Source: Centroscyllium fabricii (Eukaryota). From it: a stretch of DNA of 64,000 nucleotides. The notes below the pieces were generated by a model. It worked only from the letters and a program-made list of their open reading frames with translations. It was not told the origin of the DNA and did not search any database. A program made the translations under genes and the position numbers. This document shows positions 12,070 to 24,735 of the stretch, in pieces. Where the stretch lies: contig JBNRSN020000005.1 in assembly GCA_051313645.2 (NCBI GenBank), positions 300,080,001 to 300,144,000 on the forward strand, given 5' to 3'. Every line of letters starts with the position of its first letter. Positions within the stretch are counted from its first letter, which is position 1.

Positions 12070-13135
12070 TAAGTGTTTCCAACTTTAGCGGTCCTCAAGT
12101 ATGGGAATCACAGGTGATATTTTAAATAGTATTTCTGTTGGTGGGGCTGCAATAAACAATATGTACGATAAGAAGAGTCAGTGTTAATTATAATTGAGTC
12201 TTATAAAGTGGGGTTTGCTGTAGTTATGATACTACCAGTACCTTTTAGTGAAGCTTCCAGACTATACTGTTTGTATGATGTGGACGTGTTAGCATTAGAA
12301 TTCATGATCTATGCCACATTTATATGTGTGCCGGAACTGTTTGGATTAAGATGGATTCCCGGAAACAATACAGCACTTGAGATTTTCACATGTCACCAAT
12401 GTACTGTAAACACTACAAAATAAGAAACTTTATTTACAAAAGCAGATGGAGGTTATTTGCATTTCAGTACATTAAGTTTTAAACTGCTGGAGTGCAGGGC
12501 ATACCATCTGCCGAGTGTGCCGTGTGCAAGACGGAGTCAGTCACTCAACAGCAAGTGTCAAGTCAGTCGTAAATCAAATAAAGGAGGGCACTCGGTGTCA
12601 AACTACTATACGTGAGACAACTACAGAAGATGTTTAGTCTGGCCTGTACAAGTTAAAATTGGTCTGTTTTGTTAGAAGAGAAGAGTGGTGTGAAGTATTT
12701 CTTTTACAAACTGTGTGTGAAGGGTGTTTGGTTCTTAAAGTCCCTATGGATTTGAATCTAAATTGGAATTCGGTATCTAAAACTCACACATAGTAAATCA
12801 TTCAAGATGAAAAGGAACCTTTCATTTCTGGGGATATCGCAGAGTAGTTGTGGCAGTTTGGTCCCTATCTCTCAACACTTGGAAAATTGTTTTCACATAA
12901 TGAGAAGCTGACAGAATGGACCTCACACTATGAATGAGACATTGTGTGGAAAACGCAAGTTCAGCCTTTTCTCCTCCTACTCATGTTTTTACCATAAAGT
13001 TTATCAACAAAATGTGAAATGGCAGAGAAAAAAGGTGCAGTTGTTGATGTTGCCATGTGGTCTTGAACTTAAAGTCTGATATAGGATTCAGAACAATTGT
13101 TTGATTTTAATTTCTTTCACTGAGGCTGACACAAT

Positions 13136-14674
13136 GGCCAAACTTTTCCCGGAGGTACGGGGAATTGTTGGGTTTCGAGCGGGTCAGGTTTCTGACACGA
13201 ATCTTTAAGGGCCTGGGAGCCCCATGCAATTTTGGCTCAATTGGCCAATTGATTTCCAGCGTGTGGGAGCCCTTGGCAATTGACTATTTCCAGTCAGAAA
13301 GTCGCACAATATGATGTCGTCGGTGCTGGAGCATTTCAGGACCACAGCAAGCCTTGCTTCTGCTGCGGACTGCCAACCTTGTGCCCTTTCATGCCAGAGG
13401 GACCTGGAGGCAGAACGACCATCGAGAGACCTAGGTCTGCTTCCAGGTTTGATGATGTGGCCCTGCAAGCTTCATTTGAGGGAGCAAGAGCTCATAAAGA
13501 GGTGCTCTTCCCTTTTTCAGGGAGGAAGAAGTCTCCCCAGCAGGCTGTGTGTATCTTGGTGGCAGAGGAGGGCAACTCATTATCAGTACCCTGCAGAACC
13601 TGTATTCAGTGCAGGAAGAGATTTCATGACCTGCGCAGTGGAAAAGTGAGGATGGAACTCCCATCACCCTCAATTTGCTCTCCAATTCCTTTCCTCACCA
13701 GCACTTAGCTTCAGCAATCTCTACCTCCACATCCCAGTTGACTCTCACATCCATGCACCCTTACCCATTCCCTCTCTCTCTCTAAGCTCACATTCACATA
13801 ACTATTCTGCCATGCAGCCCTCACACTCCCTATCACTCTGATGCTTTGACCACAACTGACAACACATGTGGAGTGCCCTTGGTCTTGCCTCCTCACTCCA
13901 TCTTTCTCTCCTTCTAAGTATCCAGACAGGGACAGCAGTGGAGAGTCCAAGTCAGAGGCGCAGGACTCTGCCTCTGGGTCCATCCATAAGATCGGCGGTG
14001 CTGGAAGTCCAGGAACAGATGCAGGAGTGGGTGGGTGAGCAGCAGCCTGGCGCTCCTGCTGCTGTTGTTCCTGGTACTGCTGGTGCTGCGGCTGGTGTGG
14101 GAGCTCATCTAATGCCCAGAAAGGCATAACCTAAATGGCTTCCATGCTTCTGAAATATGTCTCCGCTGAGGAAGCGCTGAATGAAGGTGCCAAGAGGGAT
14201 TTCCCAGGAGTTCACACTGGAGATGTGTGTGAGGCTCCAACCTACCACAAGTGTGATTAGGACTTCTAAATGTTGCCCCAAGCCAGAAAAAATAAGGTCC
14301 TGCCACTTGCATATGATGACAGGTTCAATGTCAGACCTTATGATGGAGCTGCTGCTGAGACTCAGTAATCCGATTGTGTTCCCGCTAGGTTTCAGTGGCA
14401 GGGTTTGCAGCTGGTGGGTTATGTGTGGGAAATGCTTGAAAATCGCTAAGAGCCCTTAAAATGGCATTATACATGCCAATTAAGGGCCCTTAATGAGCAT
14501 AATGACCATCCCCGCCGGCGGGAAAGATTCGGGGCGGGGAGACAGGGCGGTGGGAAATGGCAAAGCGGCTGGGATCCAGCGCGGGGGTGGGGGGGTCGGG
14601 AACCCCCGGTTAACAAATTTTGCGGTCCGACCTGCCGAAAACCCCAGGCCCACGGCGCCATGAAAATTTACCCC
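13136..14674 (+). mobile_element. Non-autonomous PIF/Harbinger element with decayed Myb/SANT-like gene
   Basis: AAT on both flanks; imperfect TIRs; peptide ASRFDDVALQA...HKEVLFP..GR....VAEEGNS....RTCIQCRKRFHDL in ORF 13280-13708; ends homologous to the MITE at 58454-59255. Confidence 0.78.
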
Positions 14675-14720
14675 AATATCTGAAATGAGCAAAACTGCAT
14701 ACTTTATGTGCTGTATCATA

Positions 14721-15528
14721 CAGGTTGAGCACCGGTAATCCGTTAAACCGGCAGCTTCAGTCGTCCAGCATAAATTGCCCCGACTGTCCTACGCATGCGC
14801 AAAGTGGCCGCCGCGATTGATGCTTCGACGAATGATCTGCGCATGCGCTGCCGAACGGCGAGCGCATGCGCAGATCATTTAAAATGGCAGCCGGAGGTTT
14901 TGAATGATCTGCGAGAGCACGGAAAGGTAAAGGCGGCCGTTGTGTTAAAGCCGGGCGGAGAGTTTGAAGAATGAGGAGACTGAGCCGCTGGACTGGCGGC
15001 CTGGGCTGGAATGGGCTCCTCGGATGCGCCCTCGAGCCCGGCTTCTCTTTAAAGGGATCGCGCAGCGCCGCCTGGCTTCAAATGTCCCAGGTCCCCGCAG
15101 ACCTGACGCACGCTCTTCACTGCCGGCCGGCTAACTGGGCGAAGCCTCGCCACCCCTTCCCCCCGGGGGCGGCGGTCAGTTTGCTGCTGTACTTTGTGCC
15201 GGCTCTCTGTCCCGGGTCTGGGCTTTGCACCGATTTCATGGGCTTCGGCCCCGCTCGGTAAGAAATCTCCGCTCAGAGTCGCGGGGAGAGAGAAAGGAAC
15301 CGGGCATTTGATTAGAAAGTGGTGTTCCTCATTTTTAATTTAAAAAAGTACAATTAGAGTTTCGAATTCGTCAAAACCTTGCGGCGGCCATTTCCAGTGT
15401 TATGCGCATGCGCGCGGCCATTTTGAATGGTGCGCGCATACGCACTGGCCGGCTTCATTCTTCTGGTTTTTTCAGTATACCGGCCCGGGCCTAGTCCCGC
15501 CTGTGCCGGTATAACGGTGCTCAACCTG
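14721..15528. mobile_element. Tc1/mariner-type MITE, family B, with a large unique internal segment
   Basis: TIR CAGGTTGAGCACCG; TA flanks; subterminal GCGCATGCGC blocks shared with 19077 and 32901. Confidence 0.88.
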
Positions 15529-15837
15529 TACTAGATTTCTAGTTTATTCATGTCCCACTTCCCTCCTTCCTCATGATGCTCACATGTCACATTTGAGAGA
15601 GAGGGTGGTTTATTGTGCAAACATCACTGCTATGCATTACAGCTCGGGCCATTCCCCGACACTTTGCTCTTGTTTATTTGAAAACTTTCTGAAATAAAAT
15701 GCAGATACCTGCCTATTTTGTCACATTTCCGTCCTCTTGCGTGCATGAACACACACACAATGTGTTGCTATAGCATGGGGTATTCCACCCACATGCACGA
15801 TGCTCTGCTCTACAATGAAGCATTCTGCCCACACATA

Positions 15838-16482
15838 TGCCCCGCTTTCACTGAGACGACGAATGGTCCCGAATCTGAAATTTTTCCGGTTCGTAGACAA
15901 TTCTTGCAGTTCTTAAATGATTCTTAGTTGATTCTTAGTTGATTCCTAAGCATTCGTTGAGTTCGCGTGAGTTCGTCGATTTTGCACGAATGTTTTGGCT
16001 TGTCAAAAACCTTCGTGGGAGGGTTCACGAAGTTCAGATTCGTACATGCATCGTAAACACTTCGTGAACCTTTCTTATCGTTCGTAACCCTTTCTTATCG
16101 TTCGTAACCGCTTCGTAATCGCTTCTTCTGCATTCTGGCCTATTCTTGGGCATTCGTGACTCCCTCAAATTCGTGGACCCACGCCGAATACATCACGAAA
16201 CAGGCACGAATGTCCACGAATCAAGTACGAATCGGTCGTAGTGGATTCGTACAGTAATTCGGCACATTCGTAAGTGAGTCGTACCTTATTCGTTAAATTC
16301 TTACCTGATTCTTTGAATTCGTACTTGTTTCTTAAACCATTCTTGACATTCGGCACGAATAATTCGTAACAAATTCGTACCTCCTCCCGAATCTCCACGA
16401 AATTTGTCATTTTTTGCCGAATCTCCACAAATTTCGATTCGGGACCATTCGGGATTTTCGTCGCCTCAGTGAAAGCGGGGCA
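15838..16482. mobile_element. MITE with 3-bp TSD (Harbinger-like), rich in TTCGT/ACGAA repeats
   Basis: TIR TGCCCCGCTTTCACTGAG(A/G)CGACGAA; ATA on both flanks. Confidence 0.85.
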
Positions 16483-17572
16483 ATAGATGCACCGGTCTGT
16501 CAATGCTTTCTACCCACACACATGACCTACTTTGCTACTACCCTGTATAAGGTATTCCACTTGGTCATCTCAAGACCAGCTCCTGAATCTGTGCACTTGA
16601 AACTGTTTGAAGTATATACCCATAATAGCAGAAAAGCAAGTGCTTATTTTGCTTTGTGTTTACACTGCACCGCCATCAGGCACTCCAGCCACCCTCCCAG
16701 CTTGCACCAGTACACAGTACTGTACTGACACAGTTAGTATTATGGAGAAATTACCACTGTTCTGCCCAGTCACATCTTCATAGTGCAGGACCTTTTATAA
16801 GAATAATAGCGCACAAGATTTCTATAATATTTGATGTTTGTGGCTAAAGACTTGGCTGTTGACGCTGGTAATCTTTGATTGCCAATCCAAAATTTTAATA
16901 GCATGCCAAAATAATCAGCATCCCCCCCGCCGCTCCAGTTACACATCAACACTTTCTATATTGACCATTGTACAACTTTGGATACAACGTCGTGAGAATT
17001 TAAATTGTGTACATTGTACTTGCGTCACACACAGGAGATATGTAACTAGTTTGTATGGGAGAAATGGAGAGTTTATATAACTCTTAAGATAAAACAAAAA
17101 TAGTCCTGGTCTTCTCTGCTATATGTAGGTACAGGTATTTCAGTCAGTTCAAAGCAAAAGGAGGGGAGTAATATGAGGGTGATAATTTCTAACCATACTG
17201 AAAAATTACCTAATAGTGAGTTTATATGCTACGAGACCCTAAGGACTAATGAGTAACTGAAGCACCGTAGCACCAGTACATGATGGGTAGGTACTCTGCT
17301 CTATTGCAGCATCTTCTGTTACAGCCCATTGGGCTCAAAATTACTTGCTATTGCAAAAATTAGATTCTCGTGTTATCCATGCATCCAGTACCTCCACCAA
17401 TGTATTCCTGGAGGCCAAGCTATGGTATAAGTTGAGGCAAGAGCATACTCTGATAACTTCTGATTTTGGTTTACAGCTACTTAAAGTCTGAATAAAATGC
17501 AGATATTTTGTTGGGTTCAAATTCTCTGTGATTAAGGCTCTCTGAAACACAACTCATTCTGTTTTCCAACAG

Positions 17573-17696
17573 ATTCGGCCTCAGCACTGGAGCCTTATTA
17601 TGGAAAGTGCGGTACCGTCCGATAAGGGGAACTATACATGTGTGATAGAAAATCCCTACGGGTCCATAAATCATACATACCACCTAGATGTAGTAG
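17573..17696 (+). CDS. FGFR2: FGFR2 exon, Ig-II second half ([41 protein letters not shown])
   Basis: ttttccaacag acceptor, gtaagt donor, 124 bp; translated by hand (not in ORF track). Confidence 0.97.
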
Positions 17697-18017
17697 GTAA
17701 GTTGACATTTAATCACCAGACATGGAGATGATGTGGAACATGAGAATCTGTGGCAGTTTTGATGCAAAAGTAAAATTGTTTTGTCAATATAGTATATGAA
17801 ATAATTATTCAAAGTTGAAACCTGACAGCAGAATACCTGTTAGCTCTACTGCTTCTGATTATACAAGAGCCCGATTAAAACCTAAAACATGTTTTGTTTG
17901 CAACAGATACAGTCTGATTTTTTTTTTTTGATTGTTGTGATTGGTAGAAAATGTTGGATTTTATTTTGTGTGCAGTTTTTTTTTACAAGAAATTGTAAAG
18001 GCCTGACTGACCAAATA

Positions 18018-18479
18018 CAGGTTGAGCACCGGTAATCCGGCACCCGATGGTTCGGCACCTTCAGTGGTTCGGCACAAATGGAAACCGGCAGTCTTCAGTT
18101 TGTGGAGCAGCCGCTCGTTGGCACCACCGTTTCCCGCGAAGGGTGGGCGAGCGCCGAAGGCATCGGGCGTTTGGGTTTCTGTTTTTTTTAATGTTCTATC
18201 TCCGGGCTCTCCCCCGGGGAATGTTCTAGCCGCGCGCTCCGGGCCCCGGGGAGTGTTCCAAGAGTAAGGAATGGCGAGCTGTCAACACCACCGTGGAGAG
18301 GCCGGCACAATTCCAGGTTGGGTTTAAAACTATGAAATCGGATGTCGCAGAGACCGGTTACGTTGCCATTGATGACGTTGAGTATTATCCCAGAGTGAAC
18401 CACCTTCAGTGGTTCGTAATTTTCAATGGTCCGGCACCGGTCTGGTCCCGAGGGTACCGGAGTAACGGTGCTCAACCTG
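18018..18479 (+). mobile_element. Tc1/mariner-type MITE, family A, with about 138 bp of foreign insert
   Basis: TIRs and TA flanks; colinear with 23254 and 7050 except for 18259-18396. Confidence 0.9.
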
Positions 18480-19076
18480 TAATGCTGTTGGATCCACATT
18501 ATAGCTGCTTTTCTCTTAAACTTAGCTCTGGTGATTTTTTTTTTTAGTCATTCCGTTAGTCGCCATGTTTTCAGCTGTGTTTCTCCATGTTGTATATGGT
18601 CCATTTAGAAAGGAAAAAGAAATGCGTCACTCAACAGAAAAGGGAGTGAAGTGCAGAGGTGGTTACCTAGTGCTGGAAAATTGCACAGTTTAAACAAAAA
18701 GATTATCACAAGCACAGATTTATAGTGGCTTTGTACAAAGCAGCCAAACAATAACCTTTTTTTTCCAAAGCATAATTCTGGGTTCAACAATTGCTGTTAT
18801 GAGACACCTTTGTGAGATATGTAAACAGTTGTCACTCTGCCAAAAATGACTTCATAATGTGCATTCATCCATGGTAGAGGAACCATAAATAGAATAGTTC
18901 TGAGCTGAAATAAGTTATATTTTCAATGGCACTGTTTGATACAGCTTGCCTTTGGCCAGCTTATTCAGGAGTACTGCAACATAAAACCTGCACAATCAAA
19001 TCCTTTATCATGATCAGGATTTCATTGCAAATAAATTAAATTTGATTGCTTTTGTTATATTATACACATACTTATA

Positions 19077-19428
19077 CAGGTTGAGCACCGTTAATCCGGC
19101 ACAGTCGGGACCAGGCCCATGCCGGATTACTGAATAAGCTGAACGAGTGAAGCTTTGGCGAGCACATGCGCGGACCATTCAAAATGGCCACCGCGAAAGG
19201 CCGGTGGCCATTTTGAATGGTCTGCGCATGCGCTCACCGAAGCATCAATCGTTCGGGGAGACCCGGGCATGCGCAGCCAAGTGCGGCGGTCATTTTGCGC
19301 ATGCGCAGACCAGTCGGGGAGAGGCCCGCAAGTGCGGTGGCCATTTTGCGCAGACCAGTCGACCGGATTCGTTCCGGACGACTGAAGCTAGCGGATTACC
19401 GGTGTCCGGATTAACGGTGCTCAACCTG
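19077..19428. mobile_element. Tc1/mariner-type MITE, family B
   Basis: TIR CAGGTTGAGCACCGTTAATCCG; TA flanks. Confidence 0.9.
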
Positions 19429-20372
19429 TATTATATATTTATATTGAAATATTTAAAAAATATATTTTATATATACGTACTGAAATGTTGCTACATAGAA
19501 TGAAATGTTGTGGATGTTATTATACAAAGAGATCTGCATGAAGAGGAGTTGCAACGCAAGTGCAAAGGTAAATAAAGCATACTTGTGGACCATTATTTCA
19601 AATTCGTTTTTCTTTTTAAGTACTTTTGATTAGGTGGCCTTTTCTACTGTAACGGTCTCAATCAGCTATCTTATCTAAAGTTCACGTTCATCTCCTAACT
19701 GCTTTTGTGTTTTGTACCTGTTCTTTAAAATAACGAAAGTGACTTAAACTGAGATATTACGTTAAGTAGTTTTCTTCGGTCGAGGAGCAATGTTCAGTAG
19801 ATTGCAAGACTTCAAGCGCTTAAACCTATTCAACGAAGTATGAATCATTTTGATTCGTAAAAACAGACAAGTGTGTGACATTGTGGAAGTTTTCAGTATT
19901 AACACGGCAGGATGCGAAATTGCTAAAACAGTAGTCTGGAGATATTAATTGAATCTGTCCACCTTTGTTTCTGCCTGATTGACCACTGAACATTTGCCAG
20001 TTGAATATTACTGTAAAACATGGTGTTGGCATTCTGAACTCGTACACACCCATCAATCGTCAGGCAAAACAATCCATGTGCAACAGCATTATTGGCCTTC
20101 AAATGAACTTTTATTCATTTGTTTTCCTGCTTTTCACATGCGCTCATTTTTTGGGTCCTTTGAAACTGTCCTGGTTGTGGTTCAGCGTATTTTTGATTAG
20201 AAGTTAAATTCATTTCAAATAGATCTTTGTGCTATTTTAATATGTGATGTGCCACCAAATGTATAATGTAAATGTTAACTAAGAACCCCGTATTTGTATG
20301 GCAGTTCAGATAAGTGGAACAATTAACCAGAATTGACAATTAACTCAATGGTTTAGCCAGCTTTCCTGTACC

Positions 20373-21235
20373 ATAGAAACATAGAAGATAGGAGCAGGAG
20401 TAGGCCATTCGGCCCCTCGAGCCTGTTCCGCCATTTAATGAGATCATGGCTGATCATCCAAACTCAGTACCCTGTTCCTGCTTTCTCCCCATATCCCTTG
20501 ATCCCTTTAGCCTTAAGAAATATATCTAACTCCTTCTTGAATATATTTAATGAATTGGCCTCAACTGCCTTCTGTGTTAGAGAATTCCACAGGTTCACCA
20601 CTCTCTGGGTGAAGAAATTCCTCCTCATCTCAGTCCTAAATGGCTTACCCCTTATCCTTAGACTGTGACCCCTGGTTCTGGACTCCACCGCCATCGGGTC
20701 ATCCTTCCTGCAGCTAGTCTGTCTAGTCCTGTTAGAATTTTATACGTTTCAATGAGATCCCCTCTCATTCTTCTAAACTCAAGCAAATACAAGCCCAATC
20801 GACCCAATCCCTCTTCATACGTCATTCCTGCCATCCCACATATCAGCCTGGTGAATCTTCGCTGCACTCCCTCCATGGCAAGAACATCCTTCCTCGGATA
20901 AGGCGACCAAAACTGTACACAATACTCAAGGTGTGGTCTCACCAAGGCCCTGTACAAGTTCAGCAAGACATCCTTGCTCCTGTACTCGAATCCTCTCGCT
21001 GTGAAGGTCAATGTATTATTTGCCTTCTTAACTGCCTGCTGCACCTGCATGCTTACCTTCAGTGACTGGTGCACAAGGACACCAAGTCTCGTTGCACTTC
21101 CCCTTTTCCCAATCTATTGCCGTTCAGATAATAATCTGCCTTCCTGTTTTTGCCACCAAAGTGGATAAACTCGCATTTATCCACATTATACTGCATCTGC
21201 CATGCATCTGCCCAATCACCCAACCTGTCCAAATC
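20373..21235 (-). mobile_element. CR1-type LINE 3' fragment
   Basis: ORFs 20464-20694, 20658-21074 and 21059-21439 (WADAWQMQYNVDKCE, LYRALVRPHLEYCVQFWSP). Confidence 0.93.
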
Positions 21236-23253
21236 ATACCATGAAGGCTCTTGAATGAGTGAACTGGTAGAGATATGCTGGTGTTCCATACAGCGTACAT
21301 CAGTGTAATGGAGATGGACTGCATATTTAAATCTCTCTCTCGCTCTTATAAATAGCAGCATATATAGGAATGCGCATTGTTCAAAGTTGAGGAACAAGCC
21401 TGTCCAGTAGCTTAAGAAGGAGATGATTTCAGCTCTCAACCAGGTTACAAGTTCACCATCACTCCCAACAGTTTCTCCGCTTAGGTGAATTCTGGTCGTT
21501 ATTTCCAGGCTGCTAATGGAATGCCAATCTGGAGGAGAGCCACTCTTAACGTGAAAAAGTGGTGCGGGGGGGTTGCTGGGATGAGGGACGTTGTAGATTT
21601 GGTGCAGGTTAACTTGCTGGATTACAAAGTGGCGTTGGTAATCGCCAGGGAGAAGTCTACAGATTGGAAACTGGCTGCCTTTGGTGAAGGACTGGTTTGG
21701 CTATTGAGCAGCAAAGTTGGAGAACAAATCCAGGGAGCATTAAAAGTAGGGAATAGTGGAGAAATTTATTATGATTCTAATAGTTCTGGTATCTGGTCAA
21801 AGAAGTTGAATCTCATTTCACTCCTTCCCCTGAAGCTGTTTTGCCTGCCTTGTCATTTTTGATTTAATGTTCACTTGGCATAATTATTAAAATTCCAAAT
21901 TTTAAGTTGTCTTTGGCAGCAAATTTCCAGCGTTTTCTGTTTGTTATTTCGGATTTCCAGCATCCGCAGTATTTTGCTATCGAAGTACTGATCAAATCTT
22001 GATTAGATGACGTAATGAGCAATGTGATTCTTCATACATACATCACTTTTGAACTGCTAGCTACAAGTGCAGAAAAGTCTATTTTTTTAACTAATCATCT
22101 AAAAAATTGAACCAGTTTGGTTGTTTTGATAGAGATTTTAATTTGATGGTCTTCGTTTTACATTAAAAAAATTATTAAAGGATTCCAGGCACAATGCTGG
22201 CACAAAAAGTACTTATTGGAAATTGAAGATGTCAACTGTAGGTTTAAAAACTAGATTCCAAAGGCTCAGCCAAATGAAATGTAGTGATCACATGTTCCTC
22301 AGTATGACTAAGTTCTTCAGTTTTGATGTGAATTTCATTACTCAACTTTTTAATTAGAAAGTGATGCAATGTATAGCTGTAGAAGTAATTATTCCTCGGT
22401 GACATTTCAGGTTGTGTTGAAGGGAGGGGTGAGCTAATTGTTTACATTTGTTTAACAATGTTTGAATATATTTAAGAATTTCCAGAACTCCTTCCTGTTC
22501 AGTTTCTGTATCTAGTAACCATGGCATGAACTGGTATAATATGCCCAATTAGAGCAGATGATTTAGTCGGTCATTGGAGGCTGGGATTTAAACATCTGCT
22601 CCAGTTCTCTACCACAGAAGCTGCTAGGCCATTGTACAATTAACACTTTTAAAATTCAATTCAATTCAATTCAATTTATTGTCATTGTAAAGTGAACATA
22701 CACAATACAACGAAATGCAAACATGCAATCTCCCAAGATATTAAAATGTCCTTTAGTCCCAGTCTGATCCATTCCATCCCACCAGGACGACCCGACGCTG
22801 GTCGGAAAACATAAACATAAGAAAAATCAAGGATGTTAATAGGCCATTCGGCCATCAAAAATTCATCCCTATAACACCTTAGCTCTTCCATTGCAGCATT
22901 CACTCACGTTTTGAACATCATGTTTTTGAAGATTATTCCAAAATGTTAGCGCCCTTCAAGTAAAAATGTTTGCTAATATCTATTTTAAGCGTATTTCTCT
23001 CTAATTTCATTTAAATTCTTTTGTCCTACTTCCATGCCTTAACTTGAAATAACATTCAGCTTACTTAATCTGTACTCTTTAATATTTTATGCACCTTGAG
23101 CCATATTCTGCCTTTACTGACAAATTTGAGCTTCTCCAATGTTTCCTCATAACTCTGTCCCTCTACACTTGAGATCAGTCTTGTTCCTATTCTCTTCCTC
23201 TGCCCCTCCGATGTTTGTATATGTTTCCTGGATGGGGGAACCAGGTTTAAATA

Positions 23254-23733
23254 CAGGTTGGGCACCGGTAATCCGGCATCCGATGGTCCGGCAGCTTCAG
23301 TGGTCCGGCACGATTAGAAACCGGCGCTCTTCATTTTGCGGAGCAGCCGCTCGGCGGCACCGCCATTTCCCGGGAAGGGTGGGCGAGCGCCGAAGGCGTC
23401 GGGCGTTTGGGTTTCTGTTTTTTTTAGGTTTTGTAAGTGTTCTATCCCCGGGCTCCCTCCCGGGGAGTGTTCTACCCGCACACTCCGGGCTCCAGGGAGT
23501 GTTCTACCCGTGCGCTCCGGGCTCCCTCTGGGGAGTGTTCTACCCGCGCGCTCCGGGCTCTGGGGAGTGTTCTACCCGCACGCTCCGGGCTCCGGGGAGT
23601 GTTCTACCCGCACGCTCCGGGCTCCGGGGAGTGGTCTACCGTGCGCTCCCCCCGAACCTTCAGTGGTTTGGGGTTTTCAGTGGTCCGGCACCAGCCTGGT
23701 TCCGAGGGTGCCAGATTAACGGTGCTCAGCCTG
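23254..23733 (+). mobile_element. Tc1/mariner-type MITE, family A, with expanded 32-bp minisatellite
   Basis: TIRs and TA flanks; about 6 tandem units of cgctccgggctccggggagtgttctacccgca at about 23440-23650. Confidence 0.9.
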
Positions 23734-24735
23734 TACTGACGTTGTGAGCTGACCTGTGCTTTGTAAAACAGCAGCATAACCTCTGGAGGCTTGTGTTCTA
23801 ATTACTATCCATATATCCCCGCACTCTGCTTGCTCTCATAATTGCTTGGCTACATTTTCCAGTAATTGTAAGCGATGAGTCTGTCACGCCCTTCAAAGTC
23901 TTTGTCCTCCATTTGTGGTATACTTGTGATGCATAATGTTTTCACCAAATACACTTTTCAAAAATGTAAGATATTTTGGCAGAATGAACAGGCTGGTGCA
24001 GAAATCAAGCTATTCTGTCTTGATAGAGAATAATTGTAAGCATCCAGTGTCAACCGAGAAATTGCCTAGCAGGTCTGACACATGAGATGCAGTAAGTATA
24101 AACTATTTTGGTAACTTGTTGGATGAGATTCCAGAGCACTGTGTATTGTTTGGTGAAAAAATGACTGCATAACTAAAATTAAAATTATTATCCTACTACC
24201 TGAAATTGTAATATCATTCTCAGTCGGCCCCTGGCACTAAAGCACTGTGACAACAACAGAGATTGTTTCTCTGTCCTTTTTCTCCATAATGTGATGAGTC
24301 ATTTGGAGGCCATTATAGTGGGAAGCTGAAGGACCGCTGTCGACTGTCTCACTTACAGGTTTTCAGCTCGGCTTCACCTCTGGAAGAAGTGGTAATTTAG
24401 CTCTTGATGAGCAGGAAATTTAGCCATGAGCCGTTCATGGGATGGTAGATTATAAGAAATTTTGATAAGAGGGAAAATAATTTATTGTTTTTTAGCCACC
24501 AGTCTAAGCCCAGACCATATACTTTGAGCTTTGTAAAGTATGATCAGATCAGTGTCTTTATGCTTCGAAATTCTATTTGCAATTTAATGCTGAAGCCGGT
24601 AAAACTTTAATCCAAGCATTTTCCTTCTAAGTATAATTTTTTTTCTTGCTTTTTTCATTAAAATGTTAAATTGTCACATTTATTGGGTGAGTTTAAAAAA
24701 AAATGTATCTGCCATAGCATTAAGCAGAGTTTATA

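Noticed and set aside
23139-23747. 202-aa ORF and overlapping ORFs
   Set aside because: Produced by a GC-rich MITE and its minisatellite; repetitive peptide open in several frames.
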